Assembly: GCA_964016885.1 (NCBI GenBank)
Contig: OZ024740.1
Coordinates: 410,192,001 to 410,256,000 of the forward strand
Length of the DNA: 64,000 bases
Direction of reading: 5' to 3'
Source: Eledone cirrhosa
Lineage: Eukaryota
The notes beneath the pieces were generated by a model. That model worked only from the letters and a program-made list of their open reading frames with translations. It was not told where the DNA came from and did not search any database. Position 1 is the stretch's first letter, and the number at the start of each line of letters is the position of its first letter. Made by a program: the position numbers and the translations under genes. This document shows positions 1 to 13,920 of the stretch, piece after piece.

Positions 1-30
1 AGTTGGGGAAGGGTGGTCAGATGAGGGGTG
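1..30 (-). mobile_element. 5'-truncated end of a Penelope-like element copy (continues left of the window)
   Basis: Bases 1-30 are the exact reverse complement of 11786-11815 in the PLE 3' region and are joined directly to (TA)n. Confidence 0.8.
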
Positions 31-242
31 TATATATATATGAGGGGTGTATATATATATACACACGCAGATATGTATATATATGTGTGTACTTATGCGT
101 ACTTACTTTTATTTATCAACTGTGCTAGAGCGAGAAATAAAATTCTTATTTCATATATATATATAATTACATAATAAACAACGCAATATGATTATTCCAT
201 TACCAAAGGTTTCAGGAAACTAGACGATCTTAACAGAAACGT

Positions 243-308
<66 letters not shown>

Positions 309-421
309 TCCTTGTTATTTTATTTCACTATATATATATATGCAGAGGTTATATTTAATTTGTTGGGATTCAACAAGCTTAAAAATAAGGTTTTATAAAT
401 ATAGTTTCCATTTATTAATAT

Positions 422-459
<38 letters not shown>

Positions 460-474
460 TAACCGTGTAATATT

Positions 475-538
<64 letters not shown>

Positions 539-965
539 TAAATATTTATATTATATTTTTTAATTTTGATTAATTTTAATTGTATATTAATTTTGATTTA
601 TTTTGAAAAATTGGTTGAATTTTACTTGTTCTGCTTATCTTGATATTAAGTTCTGGTATATCAAATTATTACCATAGAACCACCTTAAATCATAGACACA
701 CTATATATTTCCGGGGGTACATTGTAGCCTCAGATATATATTAACCTTATTCAACATTCTCCAGTATGTAGAGAAAAATCTTGTCGTTCTATTTAGTTGC
801 TAAAAATCTTTTTTAGTAGCGATCATAGACGGCTAGTCTACGATTTCCCGCCTTCACTATACACCAATGTATTTACGGGTCATTTTCACGACCTTTCAGA
901 CCTGTATTAGTTGGAGTGAGGTCATATATTTTGTCGTTCCTGGGGTTTTTAACCCTAGGACAGGA

Positions 966-1055
966 AAATGCTTCTCTGATGATCGTTGCTTTTCCATTAA
1001 TATCCTCGTGATATCTAATGTTTTGCACCGTGAAACTGTACAGTTAGGGCCATTT
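966..1055 (+). ncRNA. Type I hammerhead ribozyme motif
   Basis: Stem I aaatgcttct/agggccattt; CTGATGA 976-982; stem II cgttgc...gcaccg; GAAAC 1032-1036; palindrome AACTGTACAGTT; predicted GUU cleavage after 1045. Confidence 0.8.
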
Positions 1056-1495
1056 GAATAGGTAAATATTTATATTTATATTATATTTTTTAATTTTGAT
1101 TAATTTTAATTGTATATTAATTTTGATTTATTCTGAAAAATTGGTTGAATTTTACTTGTTCTGCTTATCTTGATATTAAGTTCTGGTATATCAAAATATT
1201 ACCATAGAACCACCTTAAATCATAGACACACTATATATTTCCGGGGGTACATTGTACCCTCAGATATATATTAACCTTATTCAACATTCTCCAGTATGTA
1301 GAGAAAAATCTTGTCGTTCTATTTAGTTGCTAAAAATCTTTTTTACTAGCGATCATAGACGGCTAGTCTACGATTTCCCGCCTTCACTATACCCCAATGT
1401 ATTTACGGGTCATTTTCACGACCTTTCAGACCTGTATTAGTTGGAGTGAGGTCATATATTTTGTCGTTCCTGGGGTTTTTAACCCTAGGACAGGA

Positions 1496-1585
1496 AAATG
1501 ATTCTCTGATGATCGTTGCTTTTCCATTAATATCCTCGTGATATCTAATGTTTTGCACCGTGAAACTGTACAGTTAGGGCCATTT
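1496..1585 (+). ncRNA. Type I hammerhead ribozyme motif (second unit)
   Basis: Same motif as 966-1055; predicted cleavage after 1575. Confidence 0.8.
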
Positions 1586-1694
1586 GAATAGGTAAATATT
1601 TATATTATATTTTTTAATTTTGATTAATTTTAATTGTATATTAATTTTGATTTATTTTGAAAAGTTGTTTGAATTTTACTTGTTCTGCTTATCT

Positions 1695-1828
<134 letters not shown>

Positions 1829-2179
1829 TAGAAATAGATACACACATACATACAAGCACAGACACACAACAAGAACACATATCCAATATACGTTAACGAA
1901 ATTGTTCTCTGTCTTGGGATTCTTGTGCATTTTCGCAATGAAGTCAAATGTTATTTCTCTGTCTCTTTGCCATTAAAACAACCTCTGCTGTTGTCGACAA
2001 TCCATGGAGATATCTATTTATGAATTAATTTGCTGTTTTTTATATCAGGCTTTCATTAATATTCCTTTACTTTGTTCTTGCACGTCAATTATCATTAATA
2101 CTAGCACCATTGTTTCTCAAATATTTACCTATACATAAGATTGTTTGGCTGTGGTTTATATGATCAAAAGATAAACAAA

Positions 2180-2395
2180 AATAAAGGTTAATTTTTATCA
2201 TCCCCTAATAAAGGTTAATTTTTATTATCCACTAATAAAGGTTAATTTTTATTATCCCCTAAAAAAGGTTAATTTTTATTATCCCCTAAAAAATGTTAAT
2301 TTTTATTAACCCCTAATAAAGGTTAATTTTTATTATCCCCTAAAAAAGTTTAATTTTTATTATCCCCTAATAAGGGTTAATTTTTATTATCCCCA
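2180..2395. repeat. 27-bp minisatellite, about 8 copies
   Basis: Unit AATAAAGGTTAATTTTTATTATCCCCT repeated with few substitutions. Confidence 0.9.
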
Positions 2396-2606
2396 ATCCT
2401 CAATCGTTAGTTAAATTTTTATTACTACACTTTACATCTCCAAATTTAACTTTCTCCTATACACATATACACAGAGAGAGAAATGGGTAAAATCCGGACC
2501 GCCGCCATCGTGTGGTGTCACGGTCAGGATTTTTCTACATCTCCCCATGCACCCATGCATTAGGTACTCCGATGATTTGTGATCTTTTCGGTCTCAGAAT
2601 TGGAGA

Positions 2607-2611
2607 CTCTC

Positions 2612-2675
<64 letters not shown>

Positions 2676-2695
2676 CTCTCTCTCTCTCTCTCTCT

Positions 2696-2774
<79 letters not shown>

Positions 2775-2785
2775 GCTCTCTCTCT
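2607..2785. repeat. (CT)n microsatellite
   Basis: Read directly. Confidence 0.95.
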
Positions 2786-3036
2786 GTATCAGTCTTTGTC
2801 TTTCCCTTGGACAATATCAGTGACGTGGAGAGGGGTGGCTGGTATGCATGGGTGACTACTGTGTCTTCCATAAACAACCTTGACCGGAATTTTCTAAGTG
2901 CAAATTCCATGGTCATTCGTGATCGAAGGGGTTCTTTACCTTTTTATATATGTAATCGTTATAAAAAAAGTAATTTATTGATACATAATTGTTGTGTTTC
3001 ATAATATCTCTTCCCGATTAATAATATCTCTCTAGA

Positions 3037-3800
3037 ACTGATCTGCAAAACTTTCTGAATGTACTTGACCAAACATTCGCTGGAGGCTGGCTTACACATC
3101 AACATCTCCAAAACAAAATGTATGACAACTGATAAAAACAATGCCAATCTCCAACTCATAATCTACAACCAGCAAATTGCTCAAGTTACAGAGTTTGTAT
3201 GTCTCAGTCACAAACTATCATCAAACAACAATGGAATGGGTGCTGTCTAATATCGCGTCGCTCTAGGTTGGGCAGCTTTCAACAAGAACAAGGAAGTACT
3301 AACATCAAAACGAGTTTCCTATCATTTGAAGGCTAAGAACTTTGATACTTACATCCTACCAGTTGTGTTATATGGTCTTGACTGTGTTAATTGGACGACA
3401 AGGTCACTTCAGAAGCTCTCTACATCCCAGAACCACATCATGAGACTTATGACTGGCAAGCGGCTCAGTGACCGTATCTGTAACAGTGAGATGTTCAACA
3501 TTACCAAACTTAGACCAAATAAATCAATTGTCAAGTCAAAAATACTAAAACTATACGGCTATATAAAAAAAAATGAACTGATGGTGTGAGTAGGTTATGC
3601 CTGAAAGGAAGGTTGGCTGGTAAGAGAAGCAGAGGCCGGCTGCTAAAAGGATGGCTTCACAATGTCAACTTATGGACTAGACTTGATCTTTGCTCTTTGA
3701 ACTCTGCTGCTGCTAATCGAACTTTGTGGAGAGAGATATCACATGTTAATGCGCAGTCTGCAACTGGCGGAGTTTAGCGTCACAAGAGATCTCTTACGTT
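3037..3800 (+). mobile_element. RTE-clade LINE 3' fragment (degenerate RT C-terminus)
   Basis: Peptides AGLHINISKTKCM, YILPVVLYGLDC and GKRSRGR...W, interrupted by stops and frameshifts. Confidence 0.8.
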
Positions 3801-3941
3801 GTTGGTCTTCAACAGTCCTATGAATTGCTGAACTACACGTAAAAAGAGAGAAACTGACAAAGTTCCAGTCATTTGCTCTTTGAGTAAGAAAGCTTTTATA
3901 TGATAAACAATAAATCAATAAAATTAACTGTAGCTTCATTT

Positions 3942-4039
<98 letters not shown>

Positions 4040-4943
4040 TTCATTTCCATTAACTATAATAAGTTTCTGATTGAAAAAATATATTATGTTTGAATTTCCC
4101 CCAAAGCTTTTAAAACTTTCTCCAACTATGTCCACAGGGGACTACTTCAATTATAATTCAGCAGTGATACAATGGCATTTACTCAATGGAAATGTCAAAT
4201 ACAGGCAAGAGGCATCGTACCAAAGAATGTCTTAACCACACCTTACTACTCACTACTAAGTAAAGATTATAAATGCAGCATGAAGAAAGAAGACAGGCTT
4301 TCGCAATGGAACATTAACATGCAGATAAAATGCATGGACAAGGAAAAGACAAAAAAAAAGACTTTTCCCTAGGCAAATACAAAGAACTACTGCAAACATA
4401 CTAAACAAAGTTCTACAGACATTTTCCAAGATCGGGCAATTGACGATTTTAAAGAAGATGGAATTGAAATAACCCACACGGAAAAAAGAATGAGAAATGT
4501 GGTTCATTCATGTGGATAAATGAACGTTTCTTTATGAACTTCTATATACATCCTATCTTCCATTTGTGTCGTGATAATATAACGGTGCTACTATATCTGT
4601 TGAGCTGAATGAACTGTTTAATTCAACTACAGATTAAGGTGTCCAATTTAGATTTGATATTAGGGCTTATAGCTCAGTTTTAGCGTTCACATCCTCCGAC
4701 GTAAACTAAAAGAATTACAATCAAAGGTTTAAGGACAAACGTTGCAGTCAATTACGTGTCCATACACATACAATACATGGCCGGATCTTCCATTGATTGT
4801 CCTCATATTTACGTGCTTTCAAATATCAGGACCTGTTGCAGATTCCATTGCTATTTCCATATACTTATATACTGTAGGGACATATAATACAACAATATCA
4901 ATGAAAAGCAGACTATATTCAAGTATATATATATATATATACA

Positions 4944-5062
4944 TATAGTATTCCGATGATTTGATCAGAAACGCACACTGTATTTAAGGTCGAGTGACGC
5001 ATCTTCGAGTGATCAGCGGCCTTTAGACTCACCTGATCAATGAAACAATTGTTAATACTGTA
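4944..5062 (+). ncRNA. Type I hammerhead motif with extended stem II (core U4C) in a solo pLTR-like insert (about 4944-5111)
   Basis: Stem I tatagtatt/aatactgta; CCGATGA 4953-4959; stem II ttgatcag/ctgatcaa; GAAAC-AATT-GTT; AATAAA follows; (TA)n on both sides. Confidence 0.75.
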
Positions 5063-5139
5063 AATAAAACCCTTTTTGTACAGCTTACCATGTTATTCTT
5101 CACTCTTTCACTATATATATATATGTTAGAAATGTTGAA

Positions 5140-5460
5140 ATCCCAAAACAGATTCGCTGCATTGTTCATAGTGTTTGAAAATCCAGTATATTACCTTTAG
5201 GGACAGAAAGTGACCAACAGCCACTACAGAGAAACAAATTACATTTCTCTTGAATTTCGTCTATATGCATTAAACTTTACGCCAAATGGCAGCTGACAAC
5301 AGTTTCTTTCCAAATTAGGAACTATATATACAATAGCTTTAGCGATTGGAGCCCGAGGTAAACAAATATTAGGATTTATCGAGGCGTTTGGATGATTTGA
5401 AATGAGAAATTTTGAAATCTACAAACAGATCCTCTACAAAGCTATTAGCGTTAGAAAATC
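5140..5460 (+). mobile_element. Possible highly decayed restriction-like-endonuclease LINE 3' fragment
   Basis: TIALAIGARGKQILGF resembles the xGARG motif at the end of RLE domains; little other support. Confidence 0.25.
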
Positions 5461-8350
5461 AGGTAAAATGCCTTTAGGGAAAGAAAATATCGCAAGTCAT
5501 TTTGTCAATGCTCTAATGATTATCCTAATCTCACGTCCTTCATAAAGTTGTAATACGTGACAATCCCTTACTGTAATCAAAGCTAGTACATCGAAGGATT
5601 ATCGATTCTTAAAAATCTTTCCTTTAAATAAAATGAATAAAGTAAGACTAGCATTAACGGGAAGAGAGAGTCTGGTATAAATAATCCTTGTAGATTCAGA
5701 GAAAATATTGTCGACCTAGTATAATAACAAAAGAAACAAAAATTATACAACCCCTCCCCACAGAAACGACATAATCAGAAAAAAGATTTTACATGGATTA
5801 CTAATATTAATATGCTACTTGTTATGTTGTGCACTGGAACGAATTAGGATTAGTATAATGCTAAGAACATTATCATTATCTACTTCTAGTGTGTTAGAAA
5901 ATGATAGCAAATATTAGAAGATCATGAGCATTTTAAACATAATACTGGTAGATAAAAGAGAAGCAGTATTAAATATGATAGATAATAGCAATGTCTCGAA
6001 GGCAGAAGAATATAAGTGAAGAAATATGGACCAATAACAGAAATATAAGCAACAAAAGAGTAGAATTAATTATGGTATTCAAGACGTAAAAAGAGTAAAG
6101 TGTTTACTACAAAATTTCGAAATTGGCTCGAAAATTGGTTCACTGAGAATTAAGAAATCAATGCTGCAGCACATGATTTATAATTAACCACTAAATCATT
6201 TCATTCATCAAAATCTGTCAGATTTAGAATGACCCTCATTAATGGTAGAATCGTTAATTTAGTACATAAATGTAAAATTATTATGTAAAATATGTGACAG
6301 GCTCATGAAATCAATAAAACATCCGCTTAAAGTAGGTTTTTCAACTTTCTTAAAATATCACTTGATAAATAATATAAAGTTGATATAATGGGCAGACACA
6401 TGTATCAGAAATACAAAACAATGAAATATTTTAAATACTGATTACTAACAGTTTCATGGGGGAATTTAATGGAAGAATTGTGCTGCTTATAACTACTTTT
6501 GAAATATTGACAACTGATGCTGGACGCCACAGAATCTTGTCTTGTTCAATATTTCTATATAAATTCCTTATTTGTACTTATGATGAAATCTCCCATAAAG
6601 TTATATACCTTTTATTGTGTAATCATAACTACATACACACAAGCATCATTACACATATATGCACGCACGACACACACACACACATACACACACGTGAATT
6701 CATAATTGCGTGTTCATTCTATTTATAGTCACTACGTGTTTCCGTTAGCAATGCACTAACACCATTTTCCTATACCAAGCTGCGTCAAAATTCTCATGTC
6801 CCATTGCCAGGGTCGTATTAGGCCAAACATAGACCTATTTAGCTACCTAAAAATAATTAGTATAATTCAAATTCTGGATCTCCAGAGATGCCAGTGATGA
6901 ATGTGAAACTAACATGAAATTAAAATTTACAACTATAATACAAGTAACAAACAGACAAAATAGCAGAATTTCATTTCGTTTTCTTTCTTCGCATGATATG
7001 TCATTTGTACTTTCCCATTCGTCACATCATGGAGTGTATCCATCTCAGTCTATCTAACGTAGTAACAATGGTTCTTTCTTCTCTCTCTCCCCTCCTTGTA
7101 TGAGTCTGAGCTAGATTTTATCATCACTAAACTCTCTCTTTCACTCGGTCTCTCTATTTCTTTCTCGATCTCCCCCCTCTCTCTGTTGTCAACAGTAGTA
7201 TTTTTTTACTTCTGCTGGGAGGAGCAATTGTCATTAGTGGTTCTCTATTTTATTCTCTTCTTCAAAGCAACTTACGTTTCTCCGCCATTTTAATTTCTCT
7301 TTTAGCTATATTTCTCCCTTCCACAGCTAGACCTTACTTGAAGCTTAAGAAAATATAAATATTTTAAATTTAAACGTCCATTTAAACAAATATATGGAGT
7401 ACAAAAGTCTCGTACAATTTATTTGCTTTTGAGTGTTACCGTAGGGAAGTACTAGTACGCTCATATACATTAAAATGCTTATTACAGCATCTTTAATGAG
7501 GACTATCGATGAAAAATATTCAGGGAAAATTTCACATAAAATAATGCATGCACTAATGAGCAATATTATAATTTTCTGTAAGCAATATTTTAATTACCAT
7601 CCCCATCGATGAACATGTGATTTTTCACTTCCGTCTTTTCAGCATAATTCAGTTATAATAAGCTATTTGAGGCAGAGAACATCTCAGATCAAATCATCTA
7701 CCGTAGCACACTACCCTTTTTATTTTAAAATAAAACAAAATTTACAGGATAACAAATAAACATTGAAATAGGGAGTCTTTGGAATGAATTATAATTTTGG
7801 AAGTTAAAGAAGAAGCGTATTAAGAAAGAACTCAGAGGTCTTTAGTTCAAATCAGTTGATGTCGTCTCACTGTGTCTTTGGGTAAAATACTTATTTTTAA
7901 GCACCTCAATTCACATAGATCTTAGTATAAAGTACCAGATTATCTGGGTATTTTACCTGCAACAAATTAGCGTTCTCTCAAAGGGAAGAGAGGTAGTGCT
8001 CAAAGACAGGTATTGTTGAAGATTTTGAAGGTCAATATTGGCAAGGAAATAATAGGTAAATAATGGATTCTGGAATATAGTAATTGTAGTCAGTCAGTAT
8101 ATTAGAGATATTTAAATGCTAAGCCTGGGCGGGGCAATATATATATATATATATCTTTTAATTTCAGTTTATTTTGATCATGCCTTTATTTTTAAATTTA
8201 TCTCATTCCTTGTATTTTGATCATGCTTTATTTTTATTTTTATTTTTATCTTTACTTGTTATTTTTTCATTCGCACCGTTTCCTTTCGCTATATGTCTCT
8301 CCACCACTCCCCTACACACCCTTTGAACTCTGTTCCCACACACTTCTCAC

Positions 8351-8380
8351 CTGAGGAAGGGCTTATGCCCGAAACGTCTC
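8351..8380 (+). ncRNA. Hammerhead core in the 5' pLTR (no visible stem I)
   Basis: CTGAGGA-A-GGGC TTAT GCCC-GAAACGTC. Confidence 0.55.
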
Positions 8381-8932
8381 CCCCTACCTACACCCCACTC
8401 TCCAGAGCGTGAAATTAATAAACATTTGTTGTACTGCCTCTCTGTTTTGTCCCTGTTCAAATTTTTCCATTATATATAATACACGCTCACACGGCTTCCA
8501 TTCCTTTGGAACATAACTTAACCACCGGCTCAACCCCGATCTAATCCGCCGTGACCTTTCTCCGAACTTTACACACCTTCCCACACTTGGTCTTTCCTTC
8601 CACGCATTACCTCTGTTTGATTTTGTTACTGTACTTGTTTTTTTTCCGTATAAGATTCTTTGCCTGTGTTCTTACAATTGTATTTCTATGATTTTTTGTT
8701 CACGGTTGCCTGTGTTTTTACCTTTATGATTTTTTGTTCACGATCGCCGGTGTTTTTACCTTTATAATTTTTTGTCTTTAATTTTCCCGTGTTTACTCCC
8801 CCCCTACGTTTTTCTGTTTCATTTTCCCTTCCCCGTCTCTGCCTATCCTTCACACTCACCCCTTCGTTCACTCCACCCCGCTTCACACCCCTGCCCTCTC
8901 ATCCCTCCCCCTGCTTTCACCCAACGCCCATC

Positions 8933-11681
8933 ATGCCCAACCTGAGATCCTTTCTCCACCAACTACACAATCGCCTCAAACTTTCCCTCACCCCCCTCCT
9001 CCCACCCTGCTATCTCCCCTCTGCCCTTCAACTCTCCTACCTTCTCTTCGCCAAAACCTGGCACTCCAGCCACATCCATTTCCTCAGCCACTGCCTCCGC
9101 CTCCACCTTATCCTCCTCGGCTTCCGTCTACACTTCCACCCATCCCCCGCCGCTTCCCCCTCCACGCAACGTATCCTCACCCGATCCTCACGCCTCCTGA
9201 TGCGCAACTCCATCCGCGCCTCCCGTTCCACCCTCCGCCAACTTGACCACCAACTGACCCCCACCCTCCTCCGCCTTAACTCCACCTGCCACCCCCTCCT
9301 CGCCCAAGCCATCCTCTCCTTCATCCATAACCTCAACCACAACCTCTTCTCGTTCCTCAGCTCCACCAAAGCCCGCAAGATACACCCCCCCATCCACTAC
9401 CACCCGCCCATCCCCATACGCCCGCCACTCTCCACCTCTCCCTCGACCCACACCCCTACCCAATCTCCACCCTCCACCTCACCCCTCACCACACCCCCAA
9501 ACCCCCAAACCCCACCCCTTGTTCTCACCATACCCCCTGACCTCCCCCTCTCCGCACCTGAGCGCTCACTCCTTAGTAGAGGCCTTCGCTTCATACCCCA
9601 CACTCCGCACAGCGACGAGTTCCGCACCCGAACGGAAGTCGAGCGATTCGTGTGACGCACTAAGCTACAGGCACATTTCGGCCGAACGCCACCGGCTCTG
9701 GACGCCCCAGACCCGTTTCTCGCCCTGGGCCGACGACCATCTTCTTGGACGCCGGCCCCAGGGCAATTTAGCACCCTGGACGCCTTCGTCGATGCCAGCC
9801 GTAGCGCAGTAAATCGTTTCGACTTCCGCCACTGTTCCAAACGGTACAATATCTCACGGGGCAAACTCCTCGCTCTCCGCTCACTCCGTAGCCGAGATGA
9901 GATCGTCATCAAACCGGCTGACAAGGGGGGCGCCGTAGTGGTATGGCGCGCGGACCTCTACACGGCCGAAGCCCTCAGGCAGCTCTGTAACCCCCTCTTT
10001 TACCGCCCTCTACCCTCCGATCCCACCCCCTCTACCAACAACAAGTCTCCTCCACCATCAAAGACCTTATCGCCTCCTCACTCCCCCCCCCCCCCACCGC
10101 TTCCCACCTCATCGTCCGCACCCCACGCACCTCCACCATCTACTTCCTCCCCAAACTCCACAAATCCGACAACCCCGGCCGCCCCATCGTCTCCGCTTGC
10201 AACTGCCCCACCGAACTCATCTCCGCCTTTCTCGACTCCCTCCTCGCCCCCCTTGTCACCACCCTCCCCTCCCACATCTCCGACACCAACCACGCCCTGC
10301 GCCTTTTCGACTCCTTCACCTACCTACCCGGCCCACAGCCCTTCCTCTTCACCCTAGACATCAAGTCCCTCTATACAGTAATCCCCCACGCCGACGGCCT
10401 TCGCGCCCTCAAACACTACCTCGACCTTCGCCCCTCCCCCATTCCCTCCACCCCACCCTCCTTCGGCTCGCCGAGCTGGTCCTCACCCTAAATTGTTTCT
10501 CCTTCTCGGGTGAGTTTTACCAACAGGTCACGGGGGTAGCCATGGGCACAAGAATGGGCCCGAACTATGCCAACCTTTTTGTTGGCCATGTTGATGCCCA
10601 AATCTTTGCCCAGTACACCGGCCCCACGCCCGAACTGTACGGTCGTTACATTGACGACTGTATCGGAGCCACGACCCTCACCCGAGAACAGCTCGACTCC
10701 TTTCTCTCCTTCTTCTGCTCCTTCCACCCCTCCCTCCACTTCACCACCTCTATCTCCACCACCCACGTCCACTTCTTAGACATCTCCGTCGCCTTCGACC
10801 CCTCCCACCACTCCCTCGTCACCTCCGCCTTCTTCAAACCCACCGACTCCCACTCTTAATTTCACCTCTTCCCACCCCACCCACACTAAACACTCCATTC
10901 CCTACTCCCAACTTCTCAGGATCCGCCGCCTCTGTAGCCGTGATGCTGACTTCGAGTCCCAGGCCCTTTCCCTAGTCAGCCATTTCATCCGCAGAGGTTA
11001 CCCCCCTCTCTCGTCTACACCGCTCTCACCCGCGCCCGTGCTGTCCCCCGCTCCACCACCCTCACCCCACGCCACCGAACACCCACCCACCGTCTCCCCT
11101 TCCACATCACCTACCACCTCTCCACCTTACCCCTCCACCGCACCATCCGCCGCCTCTTCCGACGCCTCCAGTCCGACCCCTCCACCTCCCACATCTTCCC
11201 AACCCCACCACTCCCCTCCTTCAAACGCGCACGCAATCTCCTCGTCCACAGCTCCCTACCCCCCAAACCCACGCTCTGTTCCCCCCCCCGGTTCCTTTCC
11301 CTGTTCTAGGCCCCGCTGCAACACCTGTCCCCACATCACCAACACCATGACCTTCCAGGGTCCCAACAGCCACTCTCTCTCGGTCCGGCATGCCTTCCGC
11401 TGCACCTCCTCCAACCTAGTCTACGGACTTATGTCGGACAGACGGGACGTCGCCTGGCGGACCGAGTCACGGAGCACCTCCGGGATATTCGTCTCGGGGG
11501 TAGTTCCCCCATCGCCCGCCACTTCGGTGGCCCTGGACACTCCGCACGCCATCTCACAGTCTGTGGCCTACTCCAGTGCCACGGAACACCCGCCAATCTA
11601 CTTACGGTCGAACAACGAACTATCTTCATCTTACAGACCCACACTCCCCCCGGCTTGAACTCCCCACCCTTATTCCTTTAG
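8933..11681 (+). pseudogene. PLE polyprotein (reverse transcriptase + GIY-YIG endonuclease), disrupted
   Basis: IVIKPADKGGAVV, PKLHKSDNPGRPIVS, LDIKSLY, GVAMGTRMGPNYANLF, RYIDD, KPTDSH, SIPYSQLLRIRRLCS, CSRPRCNTC, CTSSNLVY, YVGQT and GLN motifs. Several frameshifts and an in-frame TGA at 9653. Confidence 0.92.
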
Positions 11682-12839
11682 CCTTCGACCGCCCCCTCCC
11701 CCACACTTATCCCCCACTAACACCACTAACACACCCCTCCTTTTCAACGCCCACCCCACAACTAACAATACTAACACCTCCACTCCACCCCTCATCTGAC
11801 CACCCTTCCCCAACTAACATACTAACATCCCTTCCCTCCCCTCTTCTCCCCCCCCTCCTTATCACACGCACACACCCACTGGCACATATATACACGCGCT
11901 CACACTAAACACACACCCTACTACCACCACTAACCCTCACCCACACACCTCTCACCCCCACCCCACAACTAACCTCACTAACACCCCCTGACCCCAAGCA
12001 CACGAACACACGCACCCACTTACACCACCCACCCCACACGCAACTAACATCACTAACACCCCCCCCAACCCCACGCACACGTACCCACACACCCTCGTAC
12101 ACCACCAACTCTACACACCCTACCACCACTAACCCCCACTCACACCTGCATTTAACCCCTCCACACCTCCCGTATACTAACACCCACTAACACCTCTTCA
12201 TCAAACTACACACACACCAGTACACCACACTCCCTCCATAGAACCACACACACCCTTCTCTCCCCGCTCCACCCACACCCTCGCTCCACACTCACTCATC
12301 CCACTAACACCCCTACTAATACACACACACACACACACCCTCCTCACTCCAACTTTCACACCTACCCATCCTCTCCCCCTTACCATTCCACCGACTGCTG
12401 CTATGCCCTCTGATCACCTCCCAGCGCTAACAGACCACAGCACTCCCACTGCTGACCACTTCCTGTTGCGCGCGCACCCCACATCTCTCCTCTTCCGACC
12501 ACCGCCTCATGGATTACCCACACGCAGAAATTCACCTACAACCAATCCACTAAACATCTTCTGAATTTACCAACTTTTCAACCATCCTCTTACGTAATCA
12601 CCTATATAACTCACCCACACACACACACCCCAAACATTTTTTTTTCTCCACACGCCACCCACACCCACAACACGCTTAAACCCCACACACACGTGCTTTC
12701 CACCACATATTTACACCCTCAGCCTCCTGATTCCTCTCCCCCACCCCTCTATCCACACACGCGCAGACACTCCGACCCCCCCCCCCACACACACCTCTTC
12801 CTGAACATGCAACCCTGTTCTTCCCCCAACCCTTACTTT

Positions 12840-12870
<31 letters not shown>

Positions 12871-13182
12871 CTACACACACACACCACCTTCAGCCCTCCC
12901 CGCTCGGACACCCCGTCTCCCTCTCCCCACTCCACCCGCCACCACCCCTACACACCCCACACCCTTCCATCACCTGTTTTACCCCCCTTTTAATTTCAGT
13001 TTATTTTGATCATGCCTTTATTTTTAAATTTATCTCATTCCTTGTATTTTGATCATGCTTTATTTTTATTTTTATTTTTATCTTTACTTGTTATTTTTTC
13101 ATTCGCACCGTTTCCTTTCGCTATATGTCTCTCCACCACTCCTCTACACACCCTTTGAACTCTGTTCCCACACACTTCTCAC

Positions 13183-13213
13183 CCGAGGAAGGGCTTATGC
13201 CCGAAACGTCGTC
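13183..13213 (+). ncRNA. Hammerhead core in the 3' pLTR (CCGAGGA variant, no stem I)
   Basis: CCGAGGA-A-GGGC TTAT GCCC-GAAACGTCGTC. Confidence 0.5.
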
Positions 13214-13357
13214 CCCCACCAACACCCCACTCTCCAGAGCGTGAAATTAATAAACATTTGTTGTACTGCCTCTCTGTTTTGTCCCTTTTCAAATTTTTCC
13301 ATTATATATATATATATATGCATATCTCTCTCTCTGTCTGTCTATCTCTCTCTCTCT

Positions 13358-13482
<125 letters not shown>

Positions 13483-13631
13483 TCGATCGACTTTCGTCAA
13501 ATCGGACCAAGGAAACAACGATTCTATTGGTCTTTCCAATTGCTAATACTTGTCAGATTACAGAAAAAGGTGTACCTTTAGTCTACAGCCAGCCACACGA
13601 ACTTGTGACATATCCCGAACAAGCAATGCCT

Positions 13632-13698
<67 letters not shown>

Positions 13699-13819
13699 TA
13701 ATAATAAATTTGAAGACTAAAATCCAAAGAGGGCTCGATAAGGATAAATATATATTTATATAGATCCCGTTAAGGGTGAAAGCAGCGATTCTTTGCTTAA
13801 AGTTTAATCTGTTATTTTA

Positions 13820-13920
<101 letters not shown>

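Larger units (their letters stand above)
8156..13305 (+). mobile_element. Penelope-like retroelement (Neptune-like), near full length, with direct pseudo-LTRs
   Basis: About 320-bp direct repeats at 8156-8475 and 12987-13305, an internal RT + GIY-YIG remnant, hammerhead cores in the pLTRs, and insertion into (TA)n. Confidence 0.93.

Noticed and set aside
2180-2395. Short regular repeats as a CRISPR array
   Set aside because: No unique spacers and a eukaryotic context; this is a minisatellite.
9653-9655. In-frame TGA in the PLE ORF as selenocysteine (known in Naiad PLEs)
   Set aside because: The context ERFV*RTKLQAHF fits a CGA(Arg) to TGA CpG mutation, the ORF has other lesions, and no SECIS was recognised.
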